From the NCBI RefSeq assembly GCF_011386835.1, contig NC_088794.1, positions 76,012,001 to 76,076,000 of the forward strand: DNA of 64,000 nucleotides. Reading direction: 5' to 3'. The position numbers were made by a program, and so were the translations under genes. This document shows, one piece after another, positions 47,407 through 61,119 of this stretch (positions are counted from its first letter, which is position 1; each line of letters begins with the position of its first letter). This DNA comes from Chrysemys picta bellii (lineage: Eukaryota). Under the pieces are notes generated by a model. The model was not told the DNA's origin. It was given only the letters and a program-made list of their open reading frames with translations, and did no database searches.

Positions 47407-49220
47407 TTATGTTCATGCGCATGCCCACATCGTTTTGATGAACTGAAGGGCACTGAGATAGAATTTTGTGGAATATCTGCCTTTGTCAGTGTGGCCCTGA
47501 AGTAAATAATGTAAAGAAATGTGATTCAGAAAGAATCGTGACTGGATTGTATCATCTGAACACACATCATTTCATTGATCACGTGTTTTGTTAAATATTT
47601 ACTGGGCTTGAAAAAGAAGCAGCTAACAAAATTCCAGCCTGGTTCTTTCTGCACCGTTTTGTATCTATTTAGGTTGGCTAAGTGGGGTGGAGCTGTGTTT
47701 TTACTGAGGGAAGCAATTCATGGAATTGTAAAGCTGGCACAGTGGGAAATCCCTTTTGAAATTATTATTTTTCCTAGATTTTTATGCAAGAGTCCTAAAA
47801 GTTTCTGGTATATGTTATTTTTTCCAGTTGCATGAATTTTAAATCCCATTTTAAGTGTGCCTTACAATAATATCTGTGTTGCTTTGGCGCTACCTCTTGA
47901 GTCTAACTGTAGCCCCCTCCTCCCCTTTTCTCTGTGGCTAGATTGAGGAGGGCTGTGAAGGTTTTGTTGGGTGAAGAATGCTCATTTGATTTTTCCTTCT
48001 GCATCTGGTTTAAAGTTGCTTCTTGGCTTGTGGCGTCTTGGTGTGAATTTACTTTTGGTCTTGACAAATACAAGCGGTGCCAGTTATCCTATTGCAAGCC
48101 TTTCTGTCCCTTGTGCTACTGCAACGCCTGCCTCCACTGGCAGCCATCCAACACCCATGCTGCCTTTCCAAAGGAACTTGATTCCAGTGCATATTGGACC
48201 CTGCTGCCCTGGATCTGCAGAAAAAATACCAGGGAAAAGTAAAAATAATCCAAGACACAAACTGTCTTTTCTCTTGTTATTTAAATGTTTGTTTGTTTTT
48301 ATCAACCCTGCATCATCTAGAAGATGCATATTCTTGAAGTGCTGCCAACTTTCTCCCTTTGTCACCCCTTCTTTGGTATTCTTGAAGTTCCAACAAGGAG
48401 CAAGTCTTTTTGCTGATCTTTCTTCTCTTCCAGGCAGCCAGATGTATTTTGCCTGTTGCAAGGACACCTTTGGCTAAAATATTTTTATAATGAATTCTTT
48501 GGTGGTTTTCATAACTATCAGGAGATAAACAATTTATAAACTAGCATTGGTCCCTTAATTTGACTGTCGGTGAGGCTATTTCTTACCTAATTTTTGGAAA
48601 TATTAGCTTCCAACAGACGTGTGTCTGTACATGTGTTTCCTATTGCCCTGTTTGGAATCTCTAATGGAAGTGTTTTCTGAAATGTAACATATTGCAGATG
48701 GATAACATTGCTTCATTGTCAGGTTATGCATATTCTCCAGTTTAGAAATCTGGTGCCCAATCATGCATTGTTTGTGCACTTAAAGACCACAAAACTCTGT
48801 GGGCTATCTTGAGTGTGTATCAACTACAGATCTGCTTTGTTTGGGCTTCAAAGGCTTTTTGGCAGACAGATATTAAGCTTATAATTAGGGATGAGTGAAT
48901 CAGTTTGGGTGTGGGCCTGTGGGATTGGGGTGGGGAGAAGACAACAATAAAACATCTCCTTGAACTTTGACAAGCTTCATATCTGAAAAACATCCAACAT
49001 AATTAAGTAGATTGGGTGGAGGATCATGTTGCCAAAGAAGACAATGACTAAATTACCATGAAGAGGGCGCTACTTGGTTGCATCTAGAGGTGTTTCACAG
49101 CACTGAACCATGTGCTTGTACTGGGATAGGTTGCAATGCTGCTGCCCAGTGCTATATGTGGCCTAGAGTTCCTGAACTTGTGTCTCCAGAGCTTGACATC
49201 TTTCATGAGCACTAATAAAA

Positions 49221-49449
49221 GGCAGTATTGCCTAGCAGCTAGAGCACTAGACTGGGACTTGGGAGGCTTAGGCTCTATTTCCAGCTCTGCCATTGGCCTG
49301 CTGGATGACCGTAGGCAAGTCACTTTACTTCTCTATGCCTCAGTTTCCCATCTGTAAAATGGGGAAATGATACTTCCCTCCTTTTGTAAAGCATTTTGAG
49401 ATCTACGGATGAAAAGTGCTATATAAGGCTGGGTGGCATTATTATTATA
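49221..49449 (+). mobile_element. CORE-SINE (MIR-like), near full length
   Basis: tRNA-like head, GCAAGTCACTT...GCCTCAGTTTCCCATCTGTAAAATGGGG, tail ATTATTATTAT. Confidence 0.75.
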
Positions 49450-49713
49450 GTCACATGAAACATTTTACAGGCATGGAGAGGAAAAAGCTTGGACAGGACT
49501 CAGTGAAGAGAAGTAGGAGGGGGGGATACCTTTTGCTGAAATCTTTTTAAATCTAATTGATTCTTTAAGCGTTTTCATACCAAACAGAGGAAAAAGAGTT
49601 ATAAACTTGTCATACTCAGCATTTTGTTACACACTGTGGCATTCCTGGTAGCCAAAATAGCTGGAATATCATGAAGACTCCTTACAAGACTATAACTATA
49701 TTAATGCCTCTCT

Positions 49714-49835
49714 AACCACAAAGCAGGGTCAATCCCCAGACAGATTTTTGCCCCAGATACCTAAATGCCGCACTCAAGGATTGAACTCACAACCCTGGGT
49801 TTAGTAGACCAGTGCTCGAACCACTGAGCTATCCC
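49714..49835 (-). mobile_element. Tortoise Pol III-type SINE (tRNA-Lys-derived head)
   Basis: Minus strand GGGATAGCTCAGTGGTTCGAGCACTGGTCTACTAAACCCAGGGTTGTGAGTTCAATCCTTGAG with A and B boxes, then the TCTGGGGCAAAAAT...GGGGATTGACCCTGCTTTG body; characteristic of turtles. Confidence 0.8.
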
Positions 49836-52782
49836 AGGTCTGCAAAATTTAATCTTGTTCTATCAACAGAATGTTGTCTTGTGAGCATTCTCTTTTCTCC
49901 TGCTTTTTGGGGTCTGAAAATAACAAGAGTAGACTGTAGGATGGGGAAAATAGGCTCCCACAGTTTTTGACACTTCCATTTGGAGCCAGGCAACACACTG
50001 GCTAATTGTGTTTTGATGCCCTCTAGTGACTGGTGCACGTAAAGGATAATAGCCTACTATTCTTACTAGCTAATACTTGCTGCTTTAACTTAAATGGAAG
50101 AGGCTTGTGTCTTTGGGTTCTGAAGCAATGGAATGACTTCAGTGGATTTTGGATCAGGCCCTTAGTGCTGAAGGTCTCAGGTTCAGTTCCTGCTGATGAC
50201 CTGTAATTAGGATTGTTGCACAGGAATTGAAGATGTGCATGAAAGTATGATTTGGCAGAGGGGAGTATTCATCTTTTATACACAGACCAGAACATGAAGT
50301 ATCTGTCTGTGTGACTTACAAAAGCTTAAGGAAACCAATATGTAAATTGCAATGAGCAAGAGTGAGCACATTCTTTAGTAAGAGCCATTCAAGAAATCTG
50401 TTGGAGGGCCCTGCAAGATTCTGCAGCTGTAGCTGTGGAATTTGCTGCAGAACCCATTTCCTCCTACAAATTTATGCTCCAGAATCTAAGCTTTCATTTT
50501 AAGAAAAGTTTTAGCCCTCTTAACTGCAATTAAGAATATGAACCTAATGCATTTTTAAGGGCTGGCACAGTTGTCTTAACTATGGTTCTGTACACTGCCT
50601 TGTGACATAGTGTGGCAGTGCCTGTACCTGGTGTAAAATAATGCTTATACTGCACTGCATCAGCACTGAAAAATGCATACACATATCTAATATTTATATC
50701 CTGAATTAATAACTCTGAGAGGTGTGAACTTACCCTTATTCATTTCAATAGGCTGTTTTAACTCTGAAACCTAAAGATGATACATGTCAACACTTAACTA
50801 TCTCACTGCTAATCTTTTAGGCAGAAGCATCCAGCTAACTTACTTATTCCAAACCTTTGTTCTAAATGTTAAATCTTTGTTTTCAAAAGAGCTGACTTCC
50901 CTGTACCCAGCTACCCAAACTTTCAGCTTCTCCCTTGGCAACTTCTACAATGTGGCTGGACATTTTCAGTACCAAAATCTGTAGTGCACTTAAATGTCAG
51001 GACAGTGTAAAACACATGGAATTTAATATGACACAGTTGTGATACTGTCTTAATCGTATTATTCATTTTCATACTTAACTTATAAAACCTCCATATTTTT
51101 AACTGAAATATAGTGGATGCAGAATCTCCAGTCTACCACCCCAAAGCCCCATTGAGCATCTGTGTAGAATTTAGGCTCATCTTGCAGCAGATTAACTGGG
51201 GTTTTGCATCATTTAAAGGTGCAGTGCCAAGAAAAAAAATGAACTGGAACATCACTGCTGCGTGTGCCACAGAGCTCTTATCAGTTAGAGCTCTTATCCA
51301 AACTGTATTGAACCTGTACAAAGGATCTGGGTGAAGCTTTGGACAGAGGCATATAGACTTTAAGTTCTTTGGGGTGATGACTATTTATTAGTGTCTCGTA
51401 TAGCACTGAGAACATTCTTGGTGCTTAACAAGAATGAGGTTCAAGTCTTGTTATTTTCTTTAAAATGATTCACCAATCTGTAGTCATAACACAGTGTTCT
51501 GATACCCTAGTAGTGAATGGCATCTCTGTGGGGAAAAAATGCAGTGGTGAGGGGGGGTCACAGTAACCATGCCTAAGTCAGTCAGGCTCTTTAGTTGTCA
51601 TAGATTCTGGGGCTTCCTTGAAGTCTGAGACAAGCTCCTGAGGACAAACAAGTCTTAAAGCAGTAGGTCATAACCTGGCAGATGGATACGAAGGGTGGGG
51701 GTGGGGAGGTGAAGTCATCCTAAAACTGGACTAGTTTGGTAGGGAAAAAATGTGCCTGTCATCCATGAAAAGGTTAATTTGAAAGCTGCTAGAAATGGGT
51801 TCATGTCTTCAGGGAATGACCAGTCAATGGGAATTTGTTGTGTTGGTACAGTGTTTCTAAACTGGATTTTCACTGGCTTACTATATTGTCTTCATGTCTC
51901 CAAATACTACAGGAGGAGACAGGTAGGAGGTGGAGTAGAGAGGCTTCAAAAGTTTTGGCTAAGTCGTGTACGAATTTTTGAGAGTTTATCCAAATTCCAC
52001 CTAACTTCTGACCCTTCTGCAGTTTACCCAGGGCTACTTAATCATCTCTTGGAAGATGACAGTTGGGAGGGAAGTGCTTCTACATTTTAAACTTGGTCTA
52101 GCAGTTGCACCTGCACCTGTGTGGAGTAAAACCTTCAGGCCTCCTTTTGTTACATCATTGGTTCTCAACCCACTTTTGCAATCCCCTTATTTTGTTCCTT
52201 GCAATGGGTGTTTGGGTAGCCTTCACTTCCTCCCCATCATGTCCTCACGCCCAGAAACGTTACAGATGACATTGTCTCTTCATCTTCTTTCTCCCTGTAT
52301 GTTTGTTTGTTTCTTCTATTCTCTGTGTCTTCCCCTCCATACTGCCTGGGATGGGCATAGGGATGCACTAGTGGCTCCAGATTGAAGTGACTCTCACAGA
52401 AGTATTTAGGCACTTGTGCTCTCACAGCAGAGCTAAATTAAATGGGAGAAGAGAAGAGATGCTTGGGCCATTGGGCTGCTGGCTTGTACCTGGGCTGGCT
52501 GCCATTAGGTACTGCTGCAGGGGCAGGATGGGAAGGTGGGCTGCTTTCAAAGAGCTATCTGCCACTTGTCCTAAGTGTACACTTGTGGGAGGGGCGACGT
52601 AGGGGGTATGTAGGTTTCCTTGCTCCCCTCCTGTGCCCTACACCCTTCCTTCTCTTCACCAGTCTTCAGAACTATTTTGTTTCCTAATGCTATCTTGGAA
52701 AACACCTATCTTAAGGCATTTCATACTGTGCATGCTTGTTTAGGCTCAGCAATTATGAATCAACTCTTTGCTTTTGTTACAG

Positions 52783-52916
52783 GCTGAACCCTTGGATTTG
52801 AAGGAAGGAGGCCCAGTTTATGCCAGTGAAATCACAACCTTGATACCTTCCTTAGTTTGACCTTCAAAAGGAGAAGACTTCTGGCCCCCTTGACACCTTT
52901 CAGTCCATCTGAATCT
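52783..52916 (+). other. PRR5L: 5' UTR portion of the first coding exon of PRR5L
   Basis: Acceptor CTTTTGTTACAG ending 52782; in-frame TGA at 52827-52829 upstream of the ATG. Confidence 0.7.
52820..52843 (+). promoter_or_regulatory. Candidate uORF MPVKSQP*
   Basis: ATG CCA GTG AAA TCA CAA CCT TGA within the 5' UTR, ending 73 nt before the main ATG. Confidence 0.45.
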
Positions 52917-53086
52917 ATGACTGGGGGTTCCACCCTAGCCCCACCCTTTGCTGTCCCATTCCAGAAAATGGGTTCATTTCGAAGGCCCAGGCCTCGCTTC
53001 ATGAGCTCTCCGGTGCTCAGTGACTTGCCACGTTTTCAAGCAGCACGACAGGCTTTGCAGCTTAGCTCCAACTCTGCGTGGAACAG
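52917..53086 (+). CDS. PRR5L: PRR5L (proline-rich protein 5-like, Protor-2) first coding exon
   Basis: MTGGSTLAPPFAVPFQKMGSFRRPRPRFMSSPVLSDLPRFQAARQALQLSSNSAWN matches the PRR5L N-terminus as I recall it; donor AG/GTGAGG, phase 2. Confidence 0.95.
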
Positions 53087-53796
53087 GTGAGGCCCTGCCA
53101 GTACCAGGCCTGAGGTAGCTCTGTTTGTAAAGATCTCTAGATTTTGACCTCAGGCAACTGATCCAAGATATTTCAGATTTTTTTCAGCTTAATCAGTCTG
53201 CTAGTGAGGATGAATGAATTTTGGGTGCTCCTCAGATTTTGTCTGACTGGGGAGCTGACTCATTGTTGATACAGGTTGGTTCTAACAATCTGCAATTGTC
53301 CTTTCTTTAATGGTGTTGAGAGACTGTGTTCATCTCCACTAACAATTAAACCATTTTACACACTGGTGCTGTCTACAGAACTCGCTCCAATGTGGACGAG
53401 AACCCACAAATATTTCAGATGCACTGGTTTAGTTCGTCATCTACCCCAGGAACAACGCTGGATGCTTTGGGTTAGGTGCTGCAGGAATCCAGAAGCACTG
53501 GTACAGCCATGATTGTAAGACGTATAGTATGTGGCCACAGCCCAGAACTTTTGTGCATTTTGTTTAATGGTTTTCCCTTTAATCACTGTAGATACATTTG
53601 TCTCCCCTGAAGAACACAGACAAACAAGAGCAGTGATTTCCAGGGGAGAAAAAGTGGAAGTATATAAGTGCAGTTAAACTCCCCACCGCATTATGTCCAC
53701 TCAGCTGTTGGCAGCTAGCTCACATTGCTCGGTGTGTTAAATCATCCTGACGTGTGTTATTTATGGATGGTGTACTGTCTTATTTCTCTTTGGCAG

Positions 53797-53877
53797 TGTT
53801 CAAACAGCAGTGATAAATGTGTTCAAAGGGGGAGGCTTGCAAAACAATGAACTTTACACCCTCAATGAAAACATCAG
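53797..53877 (+). CDS. PRR5L: PRR5L second coding exon
   Basis: Acceptor TTGGCAG, encodes (S)VQTAVINVFKGGGLQNNELYTLNENI(R), donor AG/GTATGT; 81 nt, in frame. Confidence 0.95.
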
Positions 53878-56646
53878 GTATGTTGCCAAGTTGTGTGCAG
53901 AGCGCCCTTTTGGTGTCAACCAGGTGGTGAGGTGGGGTGGAGTTTTCTGGGGGAAGGGGAAAGGCTGTGTTCAACTTCCTCTTCTTTTGCCATTGGGGGG
54001 TGGAAGATTTGTATCTAAGGTTTGGAATCTGCTGTTCTGGCGTGTATGGATGCACGTAGCTTTGATCAGAGCAAGTTTTGCGTTGATTTGGGTAGAGGGG
54101 ATTTTTTTCCCTTCTTTGGGATTTTATCTTCTTTGTTAGATACTAAAGCAGTGTTGCCAACTCTTACAATTTTGTCATTAGCCACATGATATTTGGTGTT
54201 TTCCCTAAAGCTCCAGCTCCCAGAGTCATGTGATTATGGAAGACTCTCTGCTTTCTTGTAATAAATAAATAAATAAGCTACTAGCCCTCGTGGTAGTGAA
54301 GAAAAGCTTGAAAATGTGAACCCTAATGGTTCAAAACTAGAAGATTCTTTTTATTTGCCTAACATTAGTTATTTTTACAAGCTCATAATTTTTAGGCAAA
54401 TCTCATGGATGTTTGAATGCTTACGGTTGTCAGGGTTGATTCAACTAAGCCCTCCTAGTCAAGGGTGACTTAAAAACCCACTCTATGTTAGGCGACTTGA
54501 ATCTTGGCTGAAAACGAACTTCAGCAACATGTCTGCAAAATGGTTTACTTTCTTATGGAGACCAGACCGAACTATTTTCAGTATAGTTGAGACACTGAGA
54601 CTGAATCTTGGTTCTACTTTGATTCTGTGGTAGAATCCATTCACCCTTTCACTTGCTGGCCTTTCCTACATTGAGAAATTTTCTTATTTCAAAACCTGCT
54701 GAATGCAGCTTCAAAACCAGTTCAGTGAAAAAGGCCCTGTCTGCTTGAATCCAGGCCTATACTACAACTCCCAACTGTTTTTGATATCTGTTTTGCTAAA
54801 CTGGTTTGAAAATGGGTTCAAATTGTTAGGAAAACTTCCCCAGTGTAGCTAGGCTAGACTGAAGCTGTACTGAACATTTTTCAGTCTGGTCTACTTGAGA
54901 ACTTTAAACTGACTTCAGTACTGGTTCAGAAGGATCTGCAGCTTGAAAACTATTTTCAGCAACAGATGAATTTCCTAGTGTAGATAGGACCAGTGGTAAA
55001 TGAGTCTCTGTCCCAGCCTCACAAAGACTGATTTTCTGTCGGCTTTTTACCAAATGACACTTGGTTAAGATACTTTCCTGAGCCGGACACCCACAGATAT
55101 TGCTATTATGTGGTGTTTTTCCTTCCATCAGCTATCTCATTACATACATATGTATTCAGTTTGAATGTTGTCACAGAAGGGGAAGTTGACACCTTTTATG
55201 TAAAAGATTAACCATGTGGCATTATTGCAGTTCTGTTTGTACACTTAAATTCAGTCAGCTGTTCCAACTGAAACCCTTATTTTCAGCAGCCTAACCAACC
55301 CTTTCCCTACTTTCAAAATAAAACCTAAAGGGCACGAAACTCTTCCCACTTTAGCTCAGCCCAAAGGTCAAAGCTTCATAAAATTCCATGCAGCCACTTT
55401 TAAGATCCTCTGATTAACAAAACAGTACCTTCCGTGCCTTTAATTACCTCTGTAGGTGTTGCCACAGGAGTCGGAAGTCCCCAGATTTAGTGCCCCATAA
55501 GGGGAGCTGCATTTGATCTACATGAAGAAATACAGTTTAGAAATAAATGTCTTAATGATTTCAAAATAGTGTAGTCTGTGGTGCATTTGGTTTATCTTGC
55601 TGAAATTAATACAGACTGTAAAGAGCTTGTTAAAGAACAAGATTTTTGGGTGAAATTTAGAAATATTCCTACCACCTTTAAATGCAGAGTGTGTTCCTCC
55701 AAATAGAGAGATACTTCTAGAGCTTGGGAGCACAATCATGAAATAAACACACTTATTTTTATTTAACATTCTAAGTGTTCCCAGTGTTGGTTACATCTCA
55801 GTGTCGGTTCTTAAAAAAATAGCCTCCCAATTCATTGGGTAGTGTATTAATTTCAACCAATGGAGCAAAGGATTTGCGCACACACAGATCTGCACTCAGC
55901 ACCTGTGATTCTAAATCTTTCTTCTGGCAAACTGTCAATAGATGTGCACACTAGCCTGAGACCTGGCAAAGAAACAAACCTGGTGAAAGGCTAATTCTTG
56001 CGTGCCATGAGATTGAGTCAGTGTGTTTTCCTGGTTTGTATTACTTGGTTCATGTTACTCACTGAAATCGCCCAATGCAAGATATTTTTTAAAAGAAAAA
56101 ACAAAAACACTAACAGCATCCCACTGATGCTCCACGGAACTTGTTTACGTGATATGCGGGAGGAATGAGAGGGCGCTAAATGGGGTAGCAAAGTTGGGAA
56201 TAGGGAACAACAGAGTGGTAACATTCTGCTCTGGATCGCTGCCACAGAGTTTCTCATCTCCCTGTCATTTGAGATTGCTTCAATAGCGCCTTTTTTGTTT
56301 TCCTGTACTGAAGAGGTAAGGAGCTCAGCAAGAGGAAAGCTTGGTCTATACTTAGGTCGACATAGTAAAAACCAGACTCCTGACCTACATAGTTATGCCA
56401 ACCATAGTCCCAGTGCAGATGCAGCTTTGTTGATGCTTCCCGTGATGTAAGTATTTTTGTTCGGGGAGGCAGTGTTCCTGCACCAATGGGAAAAAACCTT
56501 CTGTTTGTATAGGCAGCATCTATGCTGCGGTGCTATGCTGGCATACCTAGGCCAATATATCCTCCATACCATAGTCACATCCAAGGTGTCAGAATGCTGC
56601 AGAGAGGTGGAATTACAGGAAGCAAGAAATGAGCTGGCCATAGTTA

Positions 56647-56920
56647 GGCCATGTCTACACTACAGGCCCGATAGCGATGGAGCTACGGTGCCACAGGTGT
56701 GCAGCTATAGTGCCATAGTATAGATGGAAGGGTTTTTTCCATTGCTGTAAGTAATCTACTTCTCCAAGAGGTGGTAGTTAGGTCAACAGAAGAATTCTTG
56801 AGCCTCATCTACTCTGGGGATTAGGTCAGTTTAACTATGGTACTCAGGGTGTGAATTTTTCACACTGCTGAGGTATGTAGCTAGGTCCATCTGAGTATAG
56901 CCCATGTGGTAGTGTGAGAC
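56647..56920. mobile_element. Harbinger MITE
   Basis: TTA then GGCCATGTCTACACTA; interior shared with the 9802 family in reverse; right end degenerate. Confidence 0.6.
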
Positions 56921-57902
56921 AGTTACGATTCCCTCAATGCAGCAGGTGCCAAAATGTATTGGTTCATGTCTCACCTTCTTAAAATGTTGTGAGGTGAATG
57001 GCTGGAGCATCAGCCTCGCGTACCACCAGTGGTACATGTACCACAATTTGGGACTCCCTGCCTAGAGCCTTCAGTTGCAAGGGAGAGGAATTGTCACCAG
57101 TGCTTCGCTCTCTGAGTCCTCAGATTCATTCAGCGTCCACTGACTAAATATCCTGTTTTTTTCACATCAGTGTTCTGGCTGAAGCCAGTGGGAGCACTTC
57201 TGAAAATCAGGCCCCAAAAGATTAACCTTCTTATAGTTGCTGTCCCCTAGAGAAAGAACTTAACAGTGAGTCTGAGTCTCTCTTATTCCAGCTCTGTCCA
57301 CCCTCTAAGGAAAGTTTCTGCTGGTAAACAGGGATGTTTAATTTTAGTGTTGTGCAATGCAATCACTCCTGCAAAATGCCCGAAATTGCCAAATTAAACT
57401 GGCTGACAAAATACAGTCCTGTTCCAGTCGCTCCTGGTGCAGCATTATGGTTGTGTTTTCTCCCTGTCATTGAGCCCATGTAGCATATCCTTCCCCCCTC
57501 CCACATCCCTTTGCATTAGTGGGAGATAGGTACATATGCTGAAAACTCTACAAACCTTTGTTATCGTCCAAAAGACCCTCATGTGTGTACATATATGCAG
57601 AGATCTAAGGGGAAATATGTACACATAATACGCATGTTCCTATGTAGAGACCTTTATACATTCTCAGAGGGTTGAAGCACCAAAAGATAATTTTATGTAA
57701 GAAATATTTTATCATGAAAATTGACTTTTTCTGAAGACTGTAAAAATAATGGTAATATTGTCTAGGGCTTTGAACATGAACCTGGGAGTCAAACATCTCT
57801 CTAACTCTAAACTTAGTTCCACTAGAGACTTTCTATATGACCTCTCATGAATGGTGTGGAGAAAGTGAATAAGGAAGTGTTATTTACCCTTCCCATAACA
57901 CA

Positions 57903-58303
57903 CAAACCAGAGGTCATCCAGTGAAATTAATAGGCAGCAGGTTTAAAACTAGCATAAGGAAGTACTTCTTCACACAATGCACAGTCAGCCTATGGAACTC
58001 ATTGCCAGGGGATGCTGTAAAGGCCAAAAGTATAACTGAGTTCAAAAAAAGGATAAGCTTATGGAGGATAGGTTCATCAATGGCTATTAGCCAAGATGGT
58101 CAGGGACACAACCCGTGCTGTGGGTGTCTCTAAACCTCTGACTGCCAGACACTGGGCCTGGATGACATGGGATGGATCACTCTGTAATTGTCCTGTTCTG
58201 TTCATTCCCTCGGAAGCACCTGGCATTGGCCACTGTCAGAAGACAGGATACTGGGCTAGATGGGCCATTGGCCTGACCCAGTATGACCATTCTTCTGTTC
58301 TTA
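57903..58303 (+). mobile_element. CR1 LINE 3' end
   Basis: MKLIGSRFKTSIRKYFFTQCTVSLWNSLPGDAVKAKSITEFKK is the CR1 ORF2 C-terminus; 3' UTR ends CATTCTTCTGTTCTTA. Confidence 0.88.
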
Positions 58304-59263
58304 CCTTGTGCACAGTCACCTCTTGGTGCCTCAGTATCCCCATCTGTAAAATAGGCATTACAGTACTAATCTTCTGGGCATGCTGCAACCCCTCCCTCAT
58401 GTTTGGTTTGAAAATCTATTTAGTAAAAAAAAAAATAGCATTTTAAAAAAATCCGACAACAACATTCTCTCAATTTAATAACTTTCCCCACATTTCCCCC
58501 TCCCCCAACTGGAAATATTGTGGGGGGTGGTTGTTTAAAGGGAGGGTAACAACTTTCTCTCACTTTACTTCCCCTGTACCCTCCATTCTCCAAATGAAGA
58601 CTGTGGGTGGGGGAAATCCCCTAAATTTGAAATTAAACAAATTTTTGCGTAGAAATTTTGTCAAGTGGTTTAAAACAAAACAGATAAAATGTTGATTACA
58701 ATGAAAATGGTTTATTGTTTAAAAAAAAATCTTTCCTGCAGTAGGGAACCATGTTCAGCTACCTCTAGTTGTAAGGCCTTTCTATACAGGACTTTAGGGA
58801 AGAGGATGAATTCCTCCCTAGTCTGTACATAACCTCCACTGGCATTATAGGAGGTATGCAAAGACATGAAGGGAATCTACCTTTGACCAGAATGACTCTC
58901 GCCTTTCTTCATGGTGTTCCACTTACACATATCAAGATGTCTTTGGTATGACTGTGGAGGTGATGGCAGTGTAAATTTATGTATGAGCGGAGGAGTTATT
59001 TCAGAAAAATTCTGTGGGAGGCAAATTTGTGTCAGAGTATAGAACATTATATGTGATTATATTATACCCTGCAAGGTCCGGGGAAGGTGGGGAAGAACAA
59101 AAAATGGAAGATATGTGCCATAGACCTATGTAAAGTCTGGGGGTTGGTGGGGTGAATCCATGTCGAGGAGGTAACTGCCTCCTTTGCCCCATAGCAAATG
59201 ACACCGCTGCCTGTGAGAAATGACCTGCAACCAGTTTATAATTCATGTTCCATTTCTTTTCAG

Positions 59264-59312
59264 ACGTTTGCTGAAAAGTGAACTTGGATCCTTCATCACA
59301 GATTATTTCCAG
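59264..59312 (+). CDS. PRR5L: PRR5L third coding exon; gene continues beyond the window
   Basis: Acceptor CATTTCTTTTCAG, encodes (R)RLLKSELGSFITDYFQ, donor CAG/GTAAGA; the three exons total 300 nt (100 aa). Confidence 0.95.
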
Positions 59313-59679
59313 GTAAGACGTGTTCCTTAACAGATAACTAAACGTTGCTCAGTTTTTCCTTTGTTTTAGTTTGCTCTTGAAAACTTTTTCATATGTAGAA
59401 AAATAAATAGAATCGCTTCTGACAAGCAGGTAGCCTGCATTCAGTGTTCTCTGCCATGCAGGTTCATGGACTCAAATACAGTATTTGGATTTTTTTTACT
59501 AAGGGCTGCATAGTCTGATATTCAATAATATTTGTCGTTATACATGGTAAAATAAAAATGACCAGCTCCCATGCTTCAGTGTGTGATGTGATCGCCTGCT
59601 GCGATCAGGAAGGAAATGCCTCTCCTGAGCTCTCTAATAGAGAACTGGGTGCACTGATGTTTCTTTTTGCCTTGGGTTG

Positions 59680-59890
59680 GCAGTGGTCTCTAGTGGTTAG
59701 AGCACAGGACTGGCGGGCAGGGGTGGAGCAGGGGGCAGGAAAAAATGTAATCTACTCCCGGTTCTGTCAATAATTTGATGTATGACCTTGAGTAAATCAC
59801 TTCCCCTCTGTAAACTAGGGCTGATGCCCACCTTTTATAAAGTGCTTTGAGAACCCTTTGAGATAAGTGCAAAGCATGGACTAGATAAAC
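59680..59890 (+). mobile_element. CORE-SINE
   Basis: CAGTGGTCTCTAGTGGTTAGAGCACAGGACTGG head followed by a degenerate CORE and tail. Confidence 0.6.
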
Positions 59891-60864
59891 TAATGTGATA
59901 TGGGAATTCCTGTTTCCAATGCAGACGCTCAGTTTCTCAGAGCGTAACTTAACCCCCCCCCCCAAATATTTAGAAATAGTGGATGAAAGTTTCCTTCGCT
60001 AGAGGCGGGGGGGTGGGTGGAGGAACCTTACCCTAACCAACCCTATCAGCAGGAATTTAGTCTGATCACTATCTGGGGATCCCAGAAATGTAATTCCAGT
60101 TTGTGGTGGAGCAAAAATCTAAAGCCCGGAGAAGAGGTAATTAGTCACAAATGTGCATAAATGTAACAACCTTTAACTAATAATGTCATTTTCTGCGGTC
60201 AGACATAACCACATAAAAGTGTGTTTGAGATGAGTGCAGGGGCATGCTGATGGTTTCGGTACTGCAATCATTCAGTGGCGCTATTTAAAAAAGAGCAGGA
60301 CTGCTGAGAACAACAGGGATTTCAGTGTTGGTTTTATTCTCTACCAGTAAAAGAGAAGAAAAAATTGCACCACTTCCTGAGGTGGCTGAAGTAGCTTGTG
60401 CACTGTGTCAGTAGTAAAAAAAATAACTGACTGGTGTTGTTTCCTTTCAGTATTAGATTGCATGACTTAAAAAAAAAAAAAAAAAAAGCGCTGTTGAGTG
60501 AAAAATAAACTCCCGTGTTGCGGGCAGCTGTGTTTCATCTCTTCAGACCCTATCTTCACAACCCTCTTTACTGGAAGGAGAAAACTTTTGCTTCACTTAA
60601 TGATAGGACATTTCCTAGAATGTGAGCCAAGAGTCTAGCAGCAGTGAGACAGTAATGCAGTGAGTCCATATTACAAAGAGTTTGGTCTGAGTGGAAATCC
60701 ACTATTACTGTAACTGGCTTTGGTTTTTTGTTTTGTTTTTAATATTGCAAACCATTATATTTGTTTAGATTTGTGAAGGACTCCAGAAGGGCCTATGCAG
60801 GTGGTCAGATATTATGGACAGGCCTGATATAAAAACTTCAACACAAGAGAAAACGTACACTTGA

Positions 60865-61119
60865 GGTACGTCTACACTGTGATAAAAGATCTGTGTTATG
60901 GCCATGGCTGGCCCAAGTGAGATGGCTTGGGCTCGGAGGGCTATAAAATTGAACGGTTGGTGTTGGGGTTTGGGCTGGAGCCCAGGCTGTGAGAACCTGT
61001 GGTCCCACCCAAACCTGTACACTGCAATTTTATAGGCCCACAGCCTGAGCCCCCTGAATCAGCTAACCTGGGCTCGGAGACTCAGTGCTGCAGGTTTTTT
61101 ATCACAGTGTGGACAAGTG
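60865..61119. mobile_element. Harbinger MITE
   Basis: TIRs GGTACGTCTACACTGTGATAAAA / TTTTATCACAGTGTGGACAAGTG; TGA on both sides. Confidence 0.75.

Noticed and set aside
49770-49835. Possible tRNA gene
   Set aside because: The tRNA-like head continues into a SINE body and lacks a complete acceptor stem and terminator.
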